Virus genome (UHGV): UHGV-2050067
Source: a virus
Direction: 5' to 3' (one strand)
DNA length: 56,618 nt
The notes below the pieces were generated by a model that was not told where the DNA came from, made no database searches, and saw only the letters and a list, made by a program, of their open reading frames with translations. Both the position numbers and the translations under genes were made by a program. Positions 24,781-35,332 of this stretch are shown piece after piece; position 1 is the stretch's first letter; each line of letters opens with the position of its first letter.

Positions 24781-25266
24781 ATGGCCCGCACTAAAAAGGC
24801 AAGTGCTGACGATAAAAAGCCAGCCGCCAAAAAGGTGGGCCGTCCGCATGGTTATACCGAAGAAAAGGCATTAGAGATCTGTGAGCTGGTTGCGGACGGT
24901 CAGAGTATTAACAAAATCTCGAAGATGCCTGACATGCCGAACCGTTCAACAATCCTCAAATGGTTCCGTGATGTGCCCGAGTTTTCCACCATGTACGCGC
25001 GCGCGAAGGAGATCGGATTTGAGGTATTGGCTGATGAGATCATCGACATAGCCGATGCAGCGGAGAACACCGATAAAGACCAATGCCGCCGCCATCAATT
25101 GATGATTGAAACCCGTAAATGGCTATTGGCAAAACTGCAACCGCGTAAGTATGGCGAACGCGTTACGCAGGAAATCGTAGGCAACAGGGAAGAAGCGCCC
25201 GTACAGGTAGAAGTCACAAAAGAAGAGATCGCCCGCATCGTTCAGGAAGTAGAAGATGAGGTGTGA
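24781..25266 (+). CDS. terminase small subunit
   Basis: 161 aa; basic HTH-like N-terminus (KKVGRPHGYTEEKALEICELVADGQSINKISK); SD gagaggtg; directly precedes the large subunit. Confidence 0.7.
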   Translation: MARTKKASADDKKPAAKKVGRPHGYTEEKALEICELVADGQSINKISKMPDMPNRSTILKWFRDVPEFSTMYARAKEIGFEVLADEIIDIADAAENTDKDQCRRHQLMIETRKWLLAKLQPRKYGERVTQEIVGNREEAPVQVEVTKEEIARIVQEVEDEV

Positions 25267-25268
25267 TT

Positions 25269-26747
25269 ATGTTGACAATCAAAGAACGAGTTATTCAGTC
25301 CAAATGTGAAAACGATGGCCTGTTTTTCAATCGCTACTTCTACAAGCAAGCGAACGGAACGAAGATGTTAATCTCAGGCCATCATTTAGCTATCCGCGAC
25401 GCACTGCAACACGTTATTAATGGTGAGATAACCCGACTCATCATCAACATCCCCCCAGGGTACGGCAAAACCATGATCGCCACTATCAACATGATGGCGC
25501 GGTCCCTCGCAATAAATCCCCGCACAAGATTCCTTCACGTTTCATATTCCAACAACCTGGCGTTACTCAACTCCTCTACTGTAAGAAACATGATTTGTAC
25601 GCCTGAGTATCAGGCAATGTGGCCCATGAAGATCCGCAACGATGCAAACAGTAAATCGATGTGGTGGACTGAATACGGTGGCGGCGTGTATGCAACGTCA
25701 TCGCTTGGTCAGGTAACTGGGTTCCGTGCTGGGTATATGGAACCAGGATTTAACGGCGCGTTAATCATCGACGACCCATTAAAACCCGCTGACGCTTATT
25801 CTGACGTGGTGAGAAAGCAGGTTAACACTAACTATAACGACACGCTTGCTTCACGTCTGGCAGTGCAAACGACGCCTGTTATCGTCATCATGCAGCGCAT
25901 CCACTACGATGATTTGTCCGGCTACCTGCTACGCGGTGGAAGTGGTGAGAAATGGCATCACCTTAACCTGCCAGTGAAGATTGACAACAGAATCGACTAT
26001 TGGGATCTGTACCCGGAAAACGAATTCGCTATTCCTATCGCTCACAACCTGCCGGACGGCTGGCTGTGGCCTAAAAAGCACAATGACGCCCATGAAGCTG
26101 GATTGAAGGCACACAGACGGTCATTTGAGGCCCAGTACATGCAGCGCCCGCGTAAATTCGACGAAGAGGGTGCATTGTGGACTGAAGCGATGATAACCGC
26201 AGCGCACCGGATGCAGATAACGCAGGACAAGATCCGCACGGTGATAGCCATTGACCCAGCGACAACGTCATCTGATGAGTCTGACGAAACGGGGATCGTG
26301 GCGTGTTCCGCATATGGTGGCGGCAAGAATGCTCAGTATTCTGTTGATGGTGACTATTCAGGCCGCATGTCGCCTAACGACTGGGCGCAAGCATCAATGA
26401 ACGCCTACAACATCCATGAAGCTGACGCGATGGTTATCGAAACCAACCAGGGTGGGGAAATGGCAGAGGCCACACTACGCAATGCAGGATTTAAGGGCCG
26501 CATTGTTAAGGTGCACGCAAGTAAAGGTAAATTCGCCCGCGCCGAACCAATATCAGCACTATATGCCCAGGGCAGAGTAGCCCACACTGGCAGCCTGTAC
26601 ACGCTGGAAAATCAAATGATGGAATACGTGCCAGCTACCGCAAAAAAATCCCCTGACCGTATGGATGCGATGGTGTGGGGCATCACTGAATTAAGCCAAC
26701 CACAGGCAATGGGCCTCATGTTACCGAAGCGCCTGCGCGGATTTTAA
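25269..26747 (+). CDS. terminase large subunit (ATPase plus nuclease)
   Basis: ATG at 25269 within track ORF 25263-26747; P-loop-like PPGYGKT, Walker-B-like LIIDDPLK, C-terminal acidic nuclease-like region (VIAIDPATTSSDESDETGIV). Confidence 0.8.
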   Translation: MLTIKERVIQSKCENDGLFFNRYFYKQANGTKMLISGHHLAIRDALQHVINGEITRLIINIPPGYGKTMIATINMMARSLAINPRTRFLHVSYSNNLALLNSSTVRNMICTPEYQAMWPMKIRNDANSKSMWWTEYGGGVYATSSLGQVTGFRAGYMEPGFNGALIIDDPLKPADAYSDVVRKQVNTNYNDTLASRLAVQTTPVIVIMQRIHYDDLSGYLLRGGSGEKWHHLNLPVKIDNRIDYWDLYPENEFAIPIAHNLPDGWLWPKKHNDAHEAGLKAHRRSFEAQYMQRPRKFDEEGALWTEAMITAAHRMQITQDKIRTVIAIDPATTSSDESDETGIVACSAYGGGKNAQYSVDGDYSGRMSPNDWAQASMNAYNIHEADAMVIETNQGGEMAEATLRNAGFKGRIVKVHASKGKFARAEPISALYAQGRVAHTGSLYTLENQMMEYVPATAKKSPDRMDAMVWGITELSQPQAMGLMLPKRLRGF

Positions 26748-26825
26748 AATCTGCCTCACAATCACCCACAAGTTTTTCTATTTTTCGCGTAGCAACGCGT
26801 AAACATGTATTCAGGAGTAAACATT

Positions 26826-28196
26826 ATGCCATCAAATTTAGATTTGGCGGTTAATGCTGCCTTGTCACAACGCCAGGCGGCCTATGCCCGCTATGCAGCC
26901 GCCAACCCATTCACTATGGGGATAGATGCCAAACGCGATACTGCATGGAGTGAATACGGATTCAAAGAAGAGATCACGTATAGCGACCTATACAAATTGT
27001 ATCGACGTGGCGGTATCGCTCATGGTGCTGTAGAAAAGATTATTACAACTTGCTGGCGCACAATGCCAATGATGATCGAGGGAACAGAAGACGAGAAAGC
27101 GGAAACGGAAACACCCTGGGAAAGAGAAATCAAGAAACGGTTTGATAACAGGTTCTGGCGCATCATTGCCGAATGTGACCGCCGCCGCCTCATTGGTCGT
27201 TATGCTGGCCTGTTGATTCATGTCAGAGATAACCAGCCGTGGGATCAGCCAGTGACAAAAGGCGTAGGCATTGCCAAATTTACCCCGGTATGGGCTGGCG
27301 CTCTTACACCGAAGGACTTCGAAGAAAACCCTGATAATGAAAACTATGGCCTGCCTACATGGTGGGAATACAAGGAACGCATTAACAATAAGACCATTGC
27401 AAGAAAGATCCACCCTGACCGCATATTTATCTTTGGTGACTATTCTGATGATGCTATCGCTTTCCTTGAACCTTCCTATAACGCATTTGTGTCACTGGAG
27501 AAAGTGGAGGGGGGTAGCGGTGAATCATTCCTGAAAAACGCCGCCCGTCAGCTTGCTATCTCATTCGATAAGGATATTGATTTTCGTTCCCTGGCAGCTA
27601 CATACGGATGCGACGTCACAGAGCTACGCGAAAGATTCAATGAGGCTGCGGCTGAAATGAACAAGGGTAACGATGTGATGATGGCATTACAAGGGGCGAC
27701 AGTAAGCCCGCTGGTGACTGCCGTATCTGACCCGTCAGCAACCTATGACGTCAACCTGCAAACCGCCGCCGCTGGTATTGATATTCCAACCCGCATCCTG
27801 GTTGGGAACCAGCAGGGGGAACGCGCATCAACTGAAGACCTCCGCTATTTCAACAGTCGCTGCATGACACGCAGGGAGGAAATCGGGGGTGAGCTTGAAG
27901 ATCTGTTTCGCAAGATGGCAGATCTCCGCCTTGTCAGTATGCCAGTCGATGTATCAGTCTTATGGGACGACCTAAACGCCATGACCAAAGCCGAACTACT
28001 GGAAGCGGCATACAAAATGGCACAAATCAATCAGGCTTGTTTGGCTACTGGTGAAGAAATATTTAGCGGTGATGAGATCCGCGAGGCTGCCGGATACGAA
28101 GGCCCAGCCAGTGAGGTAGAAACGGAAGAGGAGGACGATGATGAAGGTGAAAAAGATAATCAGGCGAATACCTCCAGCCGCGATAATGCCATCTAA
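26826..28196 (+). CDS. portal protein (putative)
   Basis: ATG at 26826 with SD aggag 8 nt upstream; about 456 aa; acidic C-terminal tail; sits between terminase and head-morphogenesis gene. Confidence 0.6.
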   Translation: MPSNLDLAVNAALSQRQAAYARYAAANPFTMGIDAKRDTAWSEYGFKEEITYSDLYKLYRRGGIAHGAVEKIITTCWRTMPMMIEGTEDEKAETETPWEREIKKRFDNRFWRIIAECDRRRLIGRYAGLLIHVRDNQPWDQPVTKGVGIAKFTPVWAGALTPKDFEENPDNENYGLPTWWEYKERINNKTIARKIHPDRIFIFGDYSDDAIAFLEPSYNAFVSLEKVEGGSGESFLKNAARQLAISFDKDIDFRSLAATYGCDVTELRERFNEAAAEMNKGNDVMMALQGATVSPLVTAVSDPSATYDVNLQTAAAGIDIPTRILVGNQQGERASTEDLRYFNSRCMTRREEIGGELEDLFRKMADLRLVSMPVDVSVLWDDLNAMTKAELLEAAYKMAQINQACLATGEEIFSGDEIREAAGYEGPASEVETEEEDDDEGEKDNQANTSSRDNAI

Positions 28197-29082
28197 CACC
28201 GAAGACCCGACCATGACAGGGAAGTTAAGGTCTGGTGCTATCAAGCGTTTTAAAGCCTGCCTGAAGAAAGTAGCCGATCCATATATCGCCATACTGGACA
28301 GAATACAATATACCCTGGCTGTTAATAAAAAATACACCTTCCAGATCTACATCGACGAATTACATGATTTGCTGGAGGACGCCAGCGACATGATTGATGA
28401 AATATTCGAGTTAACCGACCCGGAAGACTTCTGGTTCTGGCAGGAATACGTGAAGGTGGCGTATCAGCGTGGCACTTCCCAAGAGTACGCTAACCTCGCC
28501 AATCAGTCAGTTACATATTCCAGGGCTTACCCCGAAGTGTCAGCGGTATTAACCAGCCAGACCTATCGCACGCGCCTTGCCCTGGTTCGTACCCGTGTAT
28601 TTGAAGAGATGCGCGGGCTGACCGCGCAGATCAAGAAGGATATGGCCCGCCGATTAACCGAAGGCATGGCCCGTGGCTTAAACCCACTTGAAATAGCGCG
28701 CACATTGCAGCAGGAAACGCAATTGCCGCTATACAGGTGCAAACGTATTGCCCGTACTGAAATATGTACAGCGTTGCGCACAGCGCGTATGGATGAGGCA
28801 GAAGCAGCTTCAGAAGAGCTTAACTTGCGCACCATGCAAATGCACATTTCGGCATTGTCACCGACTACCAGGCTATCACACGCACAGCGACACGGGAAAA
28901 CATACACCATAGAAGAGCAGCGCGAATGGTGGAGCAGATCCCCTAATTCAATTAACTGCAAATGTAGCACGATTACCGTATTAGTTGACGAAGACGGTAA
29001 TATATTAAACAAACGAATATTAGATCGGGCGCAAGAAAACTATAAGGTTGCGCACGCTAAATATGGCGAAGATTGGGAGTAA
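28138..29082 (+). CDS. head morphogenesis protein (Mu F / SPP1 gp7-like)
   Basis: 314-aa track ORF; LEIARTLQQE...RIARTEICTALRTARMDEAE contains the ARTE signature; true start may be 28186 or later. Confidence 0.6.
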   Translation: MMKVKKIIRRIPPAAIMPSNTEDPTMTGKLRSGAIKRFKACLKKVADPYIAILDRIQYTLAVNKKYTFQIYIDELHDLLEDASDMIDEIFELTDPEDFWFWQEYVKVAYQRGTSQEYANLANQSVTYSRAYPEVSAVLTSQTYRTRLALVRTRVFEEMRGLTAQIKKDMARRLTEGMARGLNPLEIARTLQQETQLPLYRCKRIARTEICTALRTARMDEAEAASEELNLRTMQMHISALSPTTRLSHAQRHGKTYTIEEQREWWSRSPNSINCKCSTITVLVDEDGNILNKRILDRAQENYKVAHAKYGEDWE

Positions 29083-29087
29083 AAATC

Positions 29088-30356
29088 GTGAGTAAAGAAC
29101 TGATTCAGGTTAATACCAAATTAACCGCTAATACCATCCGCCGGGAAACATATAACGGGCGTGAACACATTGTAGTCCCGTCGTATACGTTGCCCTTCAA
29201 TATCGTTATGAATCGTGAATATTACCCGGAAGCCGAAATCATTGCTAATTATCAATCTCTGGAAGGCACGCTCGCACCGCTGGGCCATCCTACGGTTGAC
29301 GGCGAATTTGTTTCCGCATTTAGCCCTGAAGGTCTGAATATTGGCTTTTGTGGCGCATGGAACAGGAATGTAGAATTACGCGGGAACCGTGTTTATGTGG
29401 AAAAGTGGGTGGATGTTGAAACCGCCAGCCATTCAGAACAAGGCCGCGAATTATTAAGCCGACTGGAAGCACTGGAAAAAGGCGAAAGCAAAGATCCGAT
29501 CTGGTCATCTGTTGCCGTATATCGTCAGCGTATGCCAGCTACTGAAGAAATGAAAGCCCAGGGCGCTGACAGCGTTGTCAAAATCATGTCGATTGACCAT
29601 GACGCCATCTTACTGCATGAACCGCCAGCCGCATCGCCTGAACAGGGCGTTGGCCTGATGGTTAACACTGACCAGGCGAAGCCGTTAATGGCGGTGGCAA
29701 TGAAAGAAAACAGCTATCGCACGCTTGAAAGACAACTTGAGGAAGCGGCGCGTAAACTGTTCCCCGATGCAGATTATGTCTATGTCGTGGACTTCACTGA
29801 TAAAGAAGTGACGATTGCTACTAACGCTGAAAATGCTCAAGTTTGCACGTATGAAAAACAGGCTGATAAAATAATTCTCAATAATGGCGAGCTTGCAACC
29901 AATGAGGAAAGTAAATCATGGTTCGCTCAGTTCGCTGAACACCTATCTAATCTTTTCTCACTAAGCGAAAAAATTAAGGCCAATAAATCGGAGGACGATC
30001 CCATGCCTTTGACCAAAGAAGAACGCGCCGAACTGGTAAAAGAAATTAACGAAAGCATCACCGCTAATATGGCTAATGCAATCGCTGAAGCACTTAAACC
30101 AGTGCAGGCAAGCGTTGAAGAATTACAGACCAATCAGAAAGCGATTAAAGAAGAGATCGCAGCAAACGCAGATAAAGAAGTAGCAGAAAAACGCGCCGCA
30201 GTAGCAAAAGTACACGGCGAAATTGTTGCTAACGCATTAAGTGGTGAAGCGTTAGAAGCAATGTTTAAATCCCTGGGCAAAGCCGCGCCGATGGCAACCA
30301 ATGCAGCAAGCGAAGGTAAAAAAGGCGAAGTACCAGACTTTAACACTTATTTCTAA
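29088..30356 (+). CDS. scaffolding / prohead core protein (DUF2213-like as recalled)
   Basis: GTG at 29088 after SD gggag; about 422 aa; C-terminal half alanine/glutamate-rich coiled coil; upstream of the capsid gene. Confidence 0.45.
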   Translation: MSKELIQVNTKLTANTIRRETYNGREHIVVPSYTLPFNIVMNREYYPEAEIIANYQSLEGTLAPLGHPTVDGEFVSAFSPEGLNIGFCGAWNRNVELRGNRVYVEKWVDVETASHSEQGRELLSRLEALEKGESKDPIWSSVAVYRQRMPATEEMKAQGADSVVKIMSIDHDAILLHEPPAASPEQGVGLMVNTDQAKPLMAVAMKENSYRTLERQLEEAARKLFPDADYVYVVDFTDKEVTIATNAENAQVCTYEKQADKIILNNGELATNEESKSWFAQFAEHLSNLFSLSEKIKANKSEDDPMPLTKEERAELVKEINESITANMANAIAEALKPVQASVEELQTNQKAIKEEIAANADKEVAEKRAAVAKVHGEIVANALSGEALEAMFKSLGKAAPMATNAASEGKKGEVPDFNTYF

Positions 30357-30372
30357 TTAAAAGGGGATCACA

Positions 30373-30801
30373 ATGTTTCGTTTTCGTCGTGTAAATATTG
30401 ATGGTAAGTCCATCACCGAAACCCGCCTCGCTGGTGCTGAATTAAAACCGGGTGAACTGGTTAAACTGGCTAGCGGTAAATTTGCTAAAGCCACCCCAAC
30501 TGATGTGGGCGCAACTCAACTGTTTGTCGTTAACCCGGCATTCCATGAAGGTAAAACCATTGCTGATGCAATTGCAGCTAATGCTACGGCTGTTGCTGAT
30601 TATGTAGAACAGGGCCGTGAGTTTGCTCTTCGTGTTCCCGCTGCCACTTACACCAAAGGCGCGGCTATCGCTCTTTCTGCTACTGGCGTCAAGCTGTTTA
30701 CCGCGCCGGGTGATGAGGGTACTGCGGACCCAATCATCGCATACTGCCAGGAAGACGTAACCCTGGAAGCGGAAGACTTCATTCGCGTTCGCGTAGCTTA
30801 A
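30373..30801 (+). CDS. head decoration / cement-like protein (DUF2190-like as recalled)
   Basis: 142-aa ORF between scaffold and major capsid genes. Confidence 0.4.
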   Translation: MFRFRRVNIDGKSITETRLAGAELKPGELVKLASGKFAKATPTDVGATQLFVVNPAFHEGKTIADAIAANATAVADYVEQGREFALRVPAATYTKGAAIALSATGVKLFTAPGDEGTADPIIAYCQEDVTLEAEDFIRVRVA

Positions 30802-30818
30802 TTTAAAAGGGGAAAAAC

Positions 30819-31868
30819 ATGTACTTTACTAAAGAAAACCTCGCTACCAACGCCCGTATGCAGGGCCATTGGAAAGAACTGTGGGCGCAACGCAACATCT
30901 TCAACGATCAGCATGACGCCATGATTGCAGCAAATAAAGCAAACATGACCGCTGAAATGATTGCCTGTAACGCCGTTGGTGGCTTTGCAAAAGAGTTCTG
31001 GAAAGAAATCGATAACCAGATCATCGAACTGAACACCGAAGAAATCGGCATTGAAATCGTAAATGACCTGATGGGTGTACAAACCGTACTGCCTATCGGT
31101 AAAACGCTGAAAATGTACAGCGTATCCGGCGACATCAACGATGAAGTCGTAATGTCTATGGATGGTCAGGCGCCTCACGGCTATGATCACACCGAATACG
31201 GCAGCGATGGCGACCCGATCCCGATGTTCGCAGCGGGTTACGGTGTTAACTGGCGTTTAGCCCAGGGGTTAAATACCGTAGGCATCGACCTTGCCCTGGA
31301 CAGTCAGCGCCTGAAACTGAAAAAATTCAACAAAGCACGCGTTAAATTCTACCTTGAAGGTAACGAAAACATCGTGGTTGATGGTCATAAAGCTATGGGT
31401 ATTAAAAAACATAAAAACACCCAACAACTGACGCTGACCGCTGACCTTACCACTGCAAAATTTGACGCACTGATCGACTTCTTCACCGTTGGTGAATTTG
31501 GTGTTCTGGCCCGCAATAACTTCGTTGCAAAATATGATGTGATGTGGGTATCACCTGAAATCATGGCTAACCTGGCACGTCCGCATATCGTTAACGGCGC
31601 TGTCGTTGGCAGTGTACTTAATACGGTTATGCCGTTCGCCCCTGTTGGTGAAATCCGTCAGACCTTTGCACTGAAAGGCAACGAAATCATTGCTTATCAG
31701 CGCCGCCGTGATGTCATCACCCCGCTGATCGGTATGACTACTGGTGTGGTTCCTGTTCCGCGCATGATGCCTACTGATAACTACAACTTCAAAATCATGT
31801 CTGCCGAAGGCTTACAAATCACCTGCGACATGCTGGGCCGTTCCGGTGTAGTTTACGGTCACAAATAA
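30819..31868 (+). CDS. major capsid protein
   Basis: 349-aa ORF at canonical position; followed by a strong terminator. Confidence 0.7.
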   Translation: MYFTKENLATNARMQGHWKELWAQRNIFNDQHDAMIAANKANMTAEMIACNAVGGFAKEFWKEIDNQIIELNTEEIGIEIVNDLMGVQTVLPIGKTLKMYSVSGDINDEVVMSMDGQAPHGYDHTEYGSDGDPIPMFAAGYGVNWRLAQGLNTVGIDLALDSQRLKLKKFNKARVKFYLEGNENIVVDGHKAMGIKKHKNTQQLTLTADLTTAKFDALIDFFTVGEFGVLARNNFVAKYDVMWVSPEIMANLARPHIVNGAVVGSVLNTVMPFAPVGEIRQTFALKGNEIIAYQRRRDVITPLIGMTTGVVPVPRMMPTDNYNFKIMSAEGLQITCDMLGRSGVVYGHK

Positions 31869-31886
31869 TTTCTTATTTCCTGTAAC

Positions 31887-31916
31887 TCCCCGGCGCGATG
31901 CCGGGGATTTTTTTTG
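31887..31916 (+). terminator. rho-independent terminator after the major capsid gene
   Basis: tccccggc-gcgat-gccgggga hairpin followed by nine T. Confidence 0.7.
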
Positions 31917-31933
31917 TATGTGGAGAAGACAAA

Positions 31934-32320
31934 ATGGTCACTACAGAACAGGCGCGGGAATATCTTGAAAGCCAGGGTATTGACCTGCCAGACATTATCT
32001 TATCCTTGCTGGTGGAGCAGGCAAATAGCGTTAATGAATGCCTTGATGCCAACTATCCGGCCTCCACTGCAACATTGATCCAACTTTATCTGATCGGCCT
32101 GTTAGGACTCACCCAGGCTAACAAGTACGTTTCCTCGCAAACTGGTCCGAACGGTGCAGGCCAGTCATACCGCTATGTCGATTTTAATAAGAAATGGAAG
32201 GCGGCCTATTCGTTGCTTTATTCCCTGGACAAACATAACTGTACAGCAGAACTAATTCCACCAGATCCAGAAAACACAGCACACGCCGGGCTGTGGATAG
32301 GTAAAAGCGGGAGGATGTGA
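31934..32320 (+). CDS. head-tail connector / DNA packaging-stabilisation protein (putative)
   Basis: ATG at 31934 with SD tggagaag; about 128 aa; position-based call. Confidence 0.4.
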   Translation: MVTTEQAREYLESQGIDLPDIILSLLVEQANSVNECLDANYPASTATLIQLYLIGLLGLTQANKYVSSQTGPNGAGQSYRYVDFNKKWKAAYSLLYSLDKHNCTAELIPPDPENTAHAGLWIGKSGRM

Positions 32321-32508
32321 CGATGTGGAACGACCTTACATTACCGGACCCGTTATTACCGAAACTGTTTACCCGTGTATGGGTGAAAACTGACGCCGGG
32401 CGACAGGTGGCGGCCTATCTTAATGACGCTGGCGAATGGGTAATTCTTTGCCCGCGCGTGGCGAAAACCCATCCGAAAATTGTTAAATGGAGCTATGGCT
32501 ATGAGTAA
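32317..32508 (+). CDS. hypothetical small structural protein (63 aa)
   Basis: ORF track; overlapping start/stop. Confidence 0.35.
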   Translation: MTMWNDLTLPDPLLPKLFTRVWVKTDAGRQVAAYLNDAGEWVILCPRVAKTHPKIVKWSYGYE

Positions 32509-32887
32509 GATTGCGAGATTCAGCTACAAGGCATTAGCCACCATTTACCCCGTAACGCGTGACGACTGGAATAATTCGAAGGTATACGGGCAACCTTACC
32601 TGATTGATTGCGCCTGGACATCGACGGAAGGTAAAGACGAAGACGAGCGCGGGAGTGAAACCGATGTTAGTTACGTCATATTTACCGAACTGCTTTACAA
32701 CCTGCAACCAGTGGAGCGCCCCCAGAAAGGGTGGATGATTGCACCAGGTGACACCACGGCTTTTTCTGATCCGCTTGAAGCTGGCGCGAATGAGATCTCC
32801 GGCGTGGTTGAATGGGATATGAGCATGTTTAACGACACGCCGGATTATAAAATCATTACAGGTAACAGCATGTACAGTAAATATTAA
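32501..32887 (+). CDS. head-tail joining protein (putative)
   Basis: Internal ATG at 32501; about 128 aa; position-based. Confidence 0.4.
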   Translation: MSKIARFSYKALATIYPVTRDDWNNSKVYGQPYLIDCAWTSTEGKDEDERGSETDVSYVIFTELLYNLQPVERPQKGWMIAPGDTTAFSDPLEAGANEISGVVEWDMSMFNDTPDYKIITGNSMYSKY

Positions 32888-32897
32888 AGGGGTTTTT

Positions 32898-33338
32898 ATG
32901 CCTATCAAGGGTGTTAAACGTGTCAGGGAGCGATTGAAGCAGGAAATAAAGGAAATTACAGACAGAAAAACGCACGATGTATTATGGCGAGTGGGGCTTG
33001 TTGCTGGTGGATTCGCTGCGAACATGACACCGATCGATACTGGTTTTTTAATTAACAGTCAATTCCAGTACATAGGTAACACGGCTGAGGGTATGCAGTT
33101 ACGGCTGGGATATACGGCCCGTTACGCTGAATGGGTGCATAATATGCCGGGTAAATTAAAAGGCCAGCCGCGCGAACATTTCGGTAAAACAAGAGAAGGC
33201 GTCGAATTTGGCGGCGGTACTGGTAAGGGTGATTACTGGGATCCAAACGCGGAACCGGAATTTTTGCGCAAGGCATTCGAAAAACCAGATAACGCCGACG
33301 ATATTTATAAAACGATTGTAGAAGGTTACAAAACATGA
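32898..33338 (+). CDS. tail component, HK97 gp10-like (putative)
   Basis: 146-aa ORF; position-based. Confidence 0.4.
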   Translation: MPIKGVKRVRERLKQEIKEITDRKTHDVLWRVGLVAGGFAANMTPIDTGFLINSQFQYIGNTAEGMQLRLGYTARYAEWVHNMPGKLKGQPREHFGKTREGVEFGGGTGKGDYWDPNAEPEFLRKAFEKPDNADDIYKTIVEGYKT

Positions 33339-33721
33339 AACGCAGCGAAGTATACGACGAAATAAGGGATTGGATTAAATCCCACGGGTACGACGAAGGT
33401 TATATTTTGCAGGCCCGTTTCTGGAATGAGCGATCCAATTCGAATAACAGCAGATATATTGTCATACAGCAAAACGGCGGAGCGGCGGGAGAAGAGGCGA
33501 TAACCCGCGACTATTTCCGCATCCTGGTTATTTCAGCGCGTAATGACGCAAATATCAGTGAAGTGGAAGATCTCGCCGACGCTATACGGCAAAGTATGAT
33601 AACAGAGTATAAAACTGATAAAATTACACACATGAAGCCAGTAGGCGCTATTCCTGCAATGCAGACAAGAGAAGGGCGCTTTATTTTTACCGTAGCTTTT
33701 CAAACTACCATATCAAGATAA
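33335..33721 (+). CDS. tail completion / tail terminator protein (putative)
   Basis: 128-aa ORF immediately upstream of the major tail protein gene. Confidence 0.4.
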   Translation: MKRSEVYDEIRDWIKSHGYDEGYILQARFWNERSNSNNSRYIVIQQNGGAAGEEAITRDYFRILVISARNDANISEVEDLADAIRQSMITEYKTDKITHMKPVGAIPAMQTREGRFIFTVAFQTTISR

Positions 33722-33734
33722 GAGGTAATAAGAC

Positions 33735-34211
33735 ATGTCTGAGACTTGCAAAAATGGCTCATTTACAGGCCGTGACGTTGCTGTATTCTTTGCTATCGCT
33801 TGCCCTAACGCCAAACCGGAAACTGGAGCGTACAAGGCGTTAGGCATGATGCGCGGCAAAACACTTTCCGTAGAATGGGAAACCGCAGACGCCACCGCTG
33901 ATAAATCCGCCGACTATACCAAAGAATCCCTGGTCACTTACAAATCTGTTTCTTTCTCCGGCGACGGCGTATCACGTAGTGATGCTCTACACAACCAGAA
34001 AGAACTAAAGCGTCATGTAATGTCACCGGGCACTGCTACCGGAAATCAGCCATACGTGTGGCTAAAAATCGTCACTCCCACCGATGTGACTGAGGGTCCA
34101 TTCCTTTGCACATCTTTCGAAGAAGAGGCGCCGCACGATGATGTGACAACCTGGTCCATTGAGTGCGAAAGCGCGGGCCAGGTAACTGTAACCGATCCGG
34201 TTGCCGCATAA
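33735..34211 (+). CDS. major tail (tube) protein
   Basis: 158-aa ORF followed by a terminator and the chaperone/tape-measure genes. Confidence 0.55.
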   Translation: MSETCKNGSFTGRDVAVFFAIACPNAKPETGAYKALGMMRGKTLSVEWETADATADKSADYTKESLVTYKSVSFSGDGVSRSDALHNQKELKRHVMSPGTATGNQPYVWLKIVTPTDVTEGPFLCTSFEEEAPHDDVTTWSIECESAGQVTVTDPVAA

Positions 34212-34218
34212 ACAATAA

Positions 34219-34246
34219 AAGGGGGCCATTTGGCCCCCTTCCTTTT
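34219..34246 (+). terminator. rho-independent terminator after the major tail gene
   Basis: gggggcca-tt-tggccccc hairpin followed by T-rich tract. Confidence 0.6.
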
Positions 34247-34258
34247 AGGGTGAAGACT

Positions 34259-34939
34259 ATGATTCATGTTCGTACCGGACAATTTGCGGCTGTGGTGAAC
34301 GGTAAGCGCTATAAATTTAACCCGTGTTTCGCTGCGATGGCTAAAATCGGTAATGACAGGGAGCTTGTGGAATGTTTCGCAACCATCCACGGTAGCAAAT
34401 ACCCTTCACGATTACCTACAGATCCAGGCCTCCGCAATCGCATTATGGCGCGGTGTTATGGTGAGATAGTACAAACGTCAATGCGCATCCTGAAATGTTG
34501 CTCAGACGACGAAACAGGCCCGTTATTAGGCGAATGCTGGTTCACTCCTTCGGGTAAATTGAGATTAAAACCGGGAATAATGCCAGTTGATGATGTTATC
34601 ACGCTGGCGCAACACTGCATGTACCACGGTTTAATTGGTGACGGCCCTGAAGAGGTCGCAAGCGAGAGGCGGGAAGGTGAATACAAACCAACGTTCGACA
34701 TACTGGAGTTTGTTTATTCTGCCGTTGCTCACCTGGGGTTATCAGAATCAGAAGCGTGGAATATGACAATGACCGGATATAGGGCCGCTGTGCGTGCTAA
34801 AACGCCGCCAGAAGCAAGAAACAAACAAAAACGACCAGATGTATTACTGGATAAAAAGGCTTATGACGATGGAATGAGGGAGGCTATGGAGATACTAAAA
34901 AGAATGGAAAATAGCGAGCAAGAAAAAGCCCGGGATTAG
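34259..34939 (+). CDS. tail assembly chaperone (G/GT-position)
   Basis: ATG at 34259 within track ORF 34163-34939; about 226 aa; between major tail and tape-measure genes; no convincing slippery heptamer seen. Confidence 0.45.
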   Translation: MIHVRTGQFAAVVNGKRYKFNPCFAAMAKIGNDRELVECFATIHGSKYPSRLPTDPGLRNRIMARCYGEIVQTSMRILKCCSDDETGPLLGECWFTPSGKLRLKPGIMPVDDVITLAQHCMYHGLIGDGPEEVASERREGEYKPTFDILEFVYSAVAHLGLSESEAWNMTMTGYRAAVRAKTPPEARNKQKRPDVLLDKKAYDDGMREAMEILKRMENSEQEKARD

Positions 34940-34945
34940 CCGGGC
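34923..34945 (-). terminator. terminator for the minus-strand moron
   Basis: gcccgg-gattag-ccgggc hairpin; on the minus strand it is followed by TTTTT. Confidence 0.45.
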
Positions 34946-34960
34946 CTCTAAAATTCTGTG

Positions 34961-35320
34961 TTAGTTGAAATACGCATCAACTCTGTGGGCCACGTTTACA
35001 CCATAAGACTCGCCATCCTTAAACGCATTTAGTGACGCTTTATTGTTTTTTGCCGCCTCTTTTAATCCATTGTACTTGCTATTAAGATCTTTCCATTCAG
35101 CGGTTTTTTCTAATACTGGCTTCATTGCGTAATGAATACAGCCAACGTTAAATGGCATTTCCAGATCACCATTACCGTCACCATGCTTTATATCGTACAA
35201 CTGAGCATTATGCGCACATTCACGAAGTATGTATTTTGCGGACGGAGAGTGCTCAGCATTAGCATTAAGCGCAACTCCTGCAAGTACCGCCACGATTAAG
35301 ATTTTTGCCAGACTTTTCAT
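34961..35320 (-). CDS. secreted protein moron (signal peptide, two Cys), unknown function
   Basis: 119 aa; N-terminal MKSLAKILIVAVLAGVALNANA; opposite strand to flanking tail genes. Confidence 0.6.
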   Translation of the reverse strand: MKSLAKILIVAVLAGVALNANAEHSPSAKYILRECAHNAQLYDIKHGDGNGDLEMPFNVGCIHYAMKPVLEKTAEWKDLNSKYNGLKEAAKNNKASLNAFKDGESYGVNVAHRVDAYFN

Positions 35321-35332
35321 ATTTCACCCCGC

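Noticed and set aside
26042-27413. Minus-strand ORFs inside terminase and portal genes
   Set aside because: Antisense shadows with no motifs or RBS.
34259-34939. Programmed -1 frameshift (G/GT-type) in the tail chaperone gene
   Set aside because: No perfect slippery heptamer with a downstream frame extension; a single 226-aa ORF is called.
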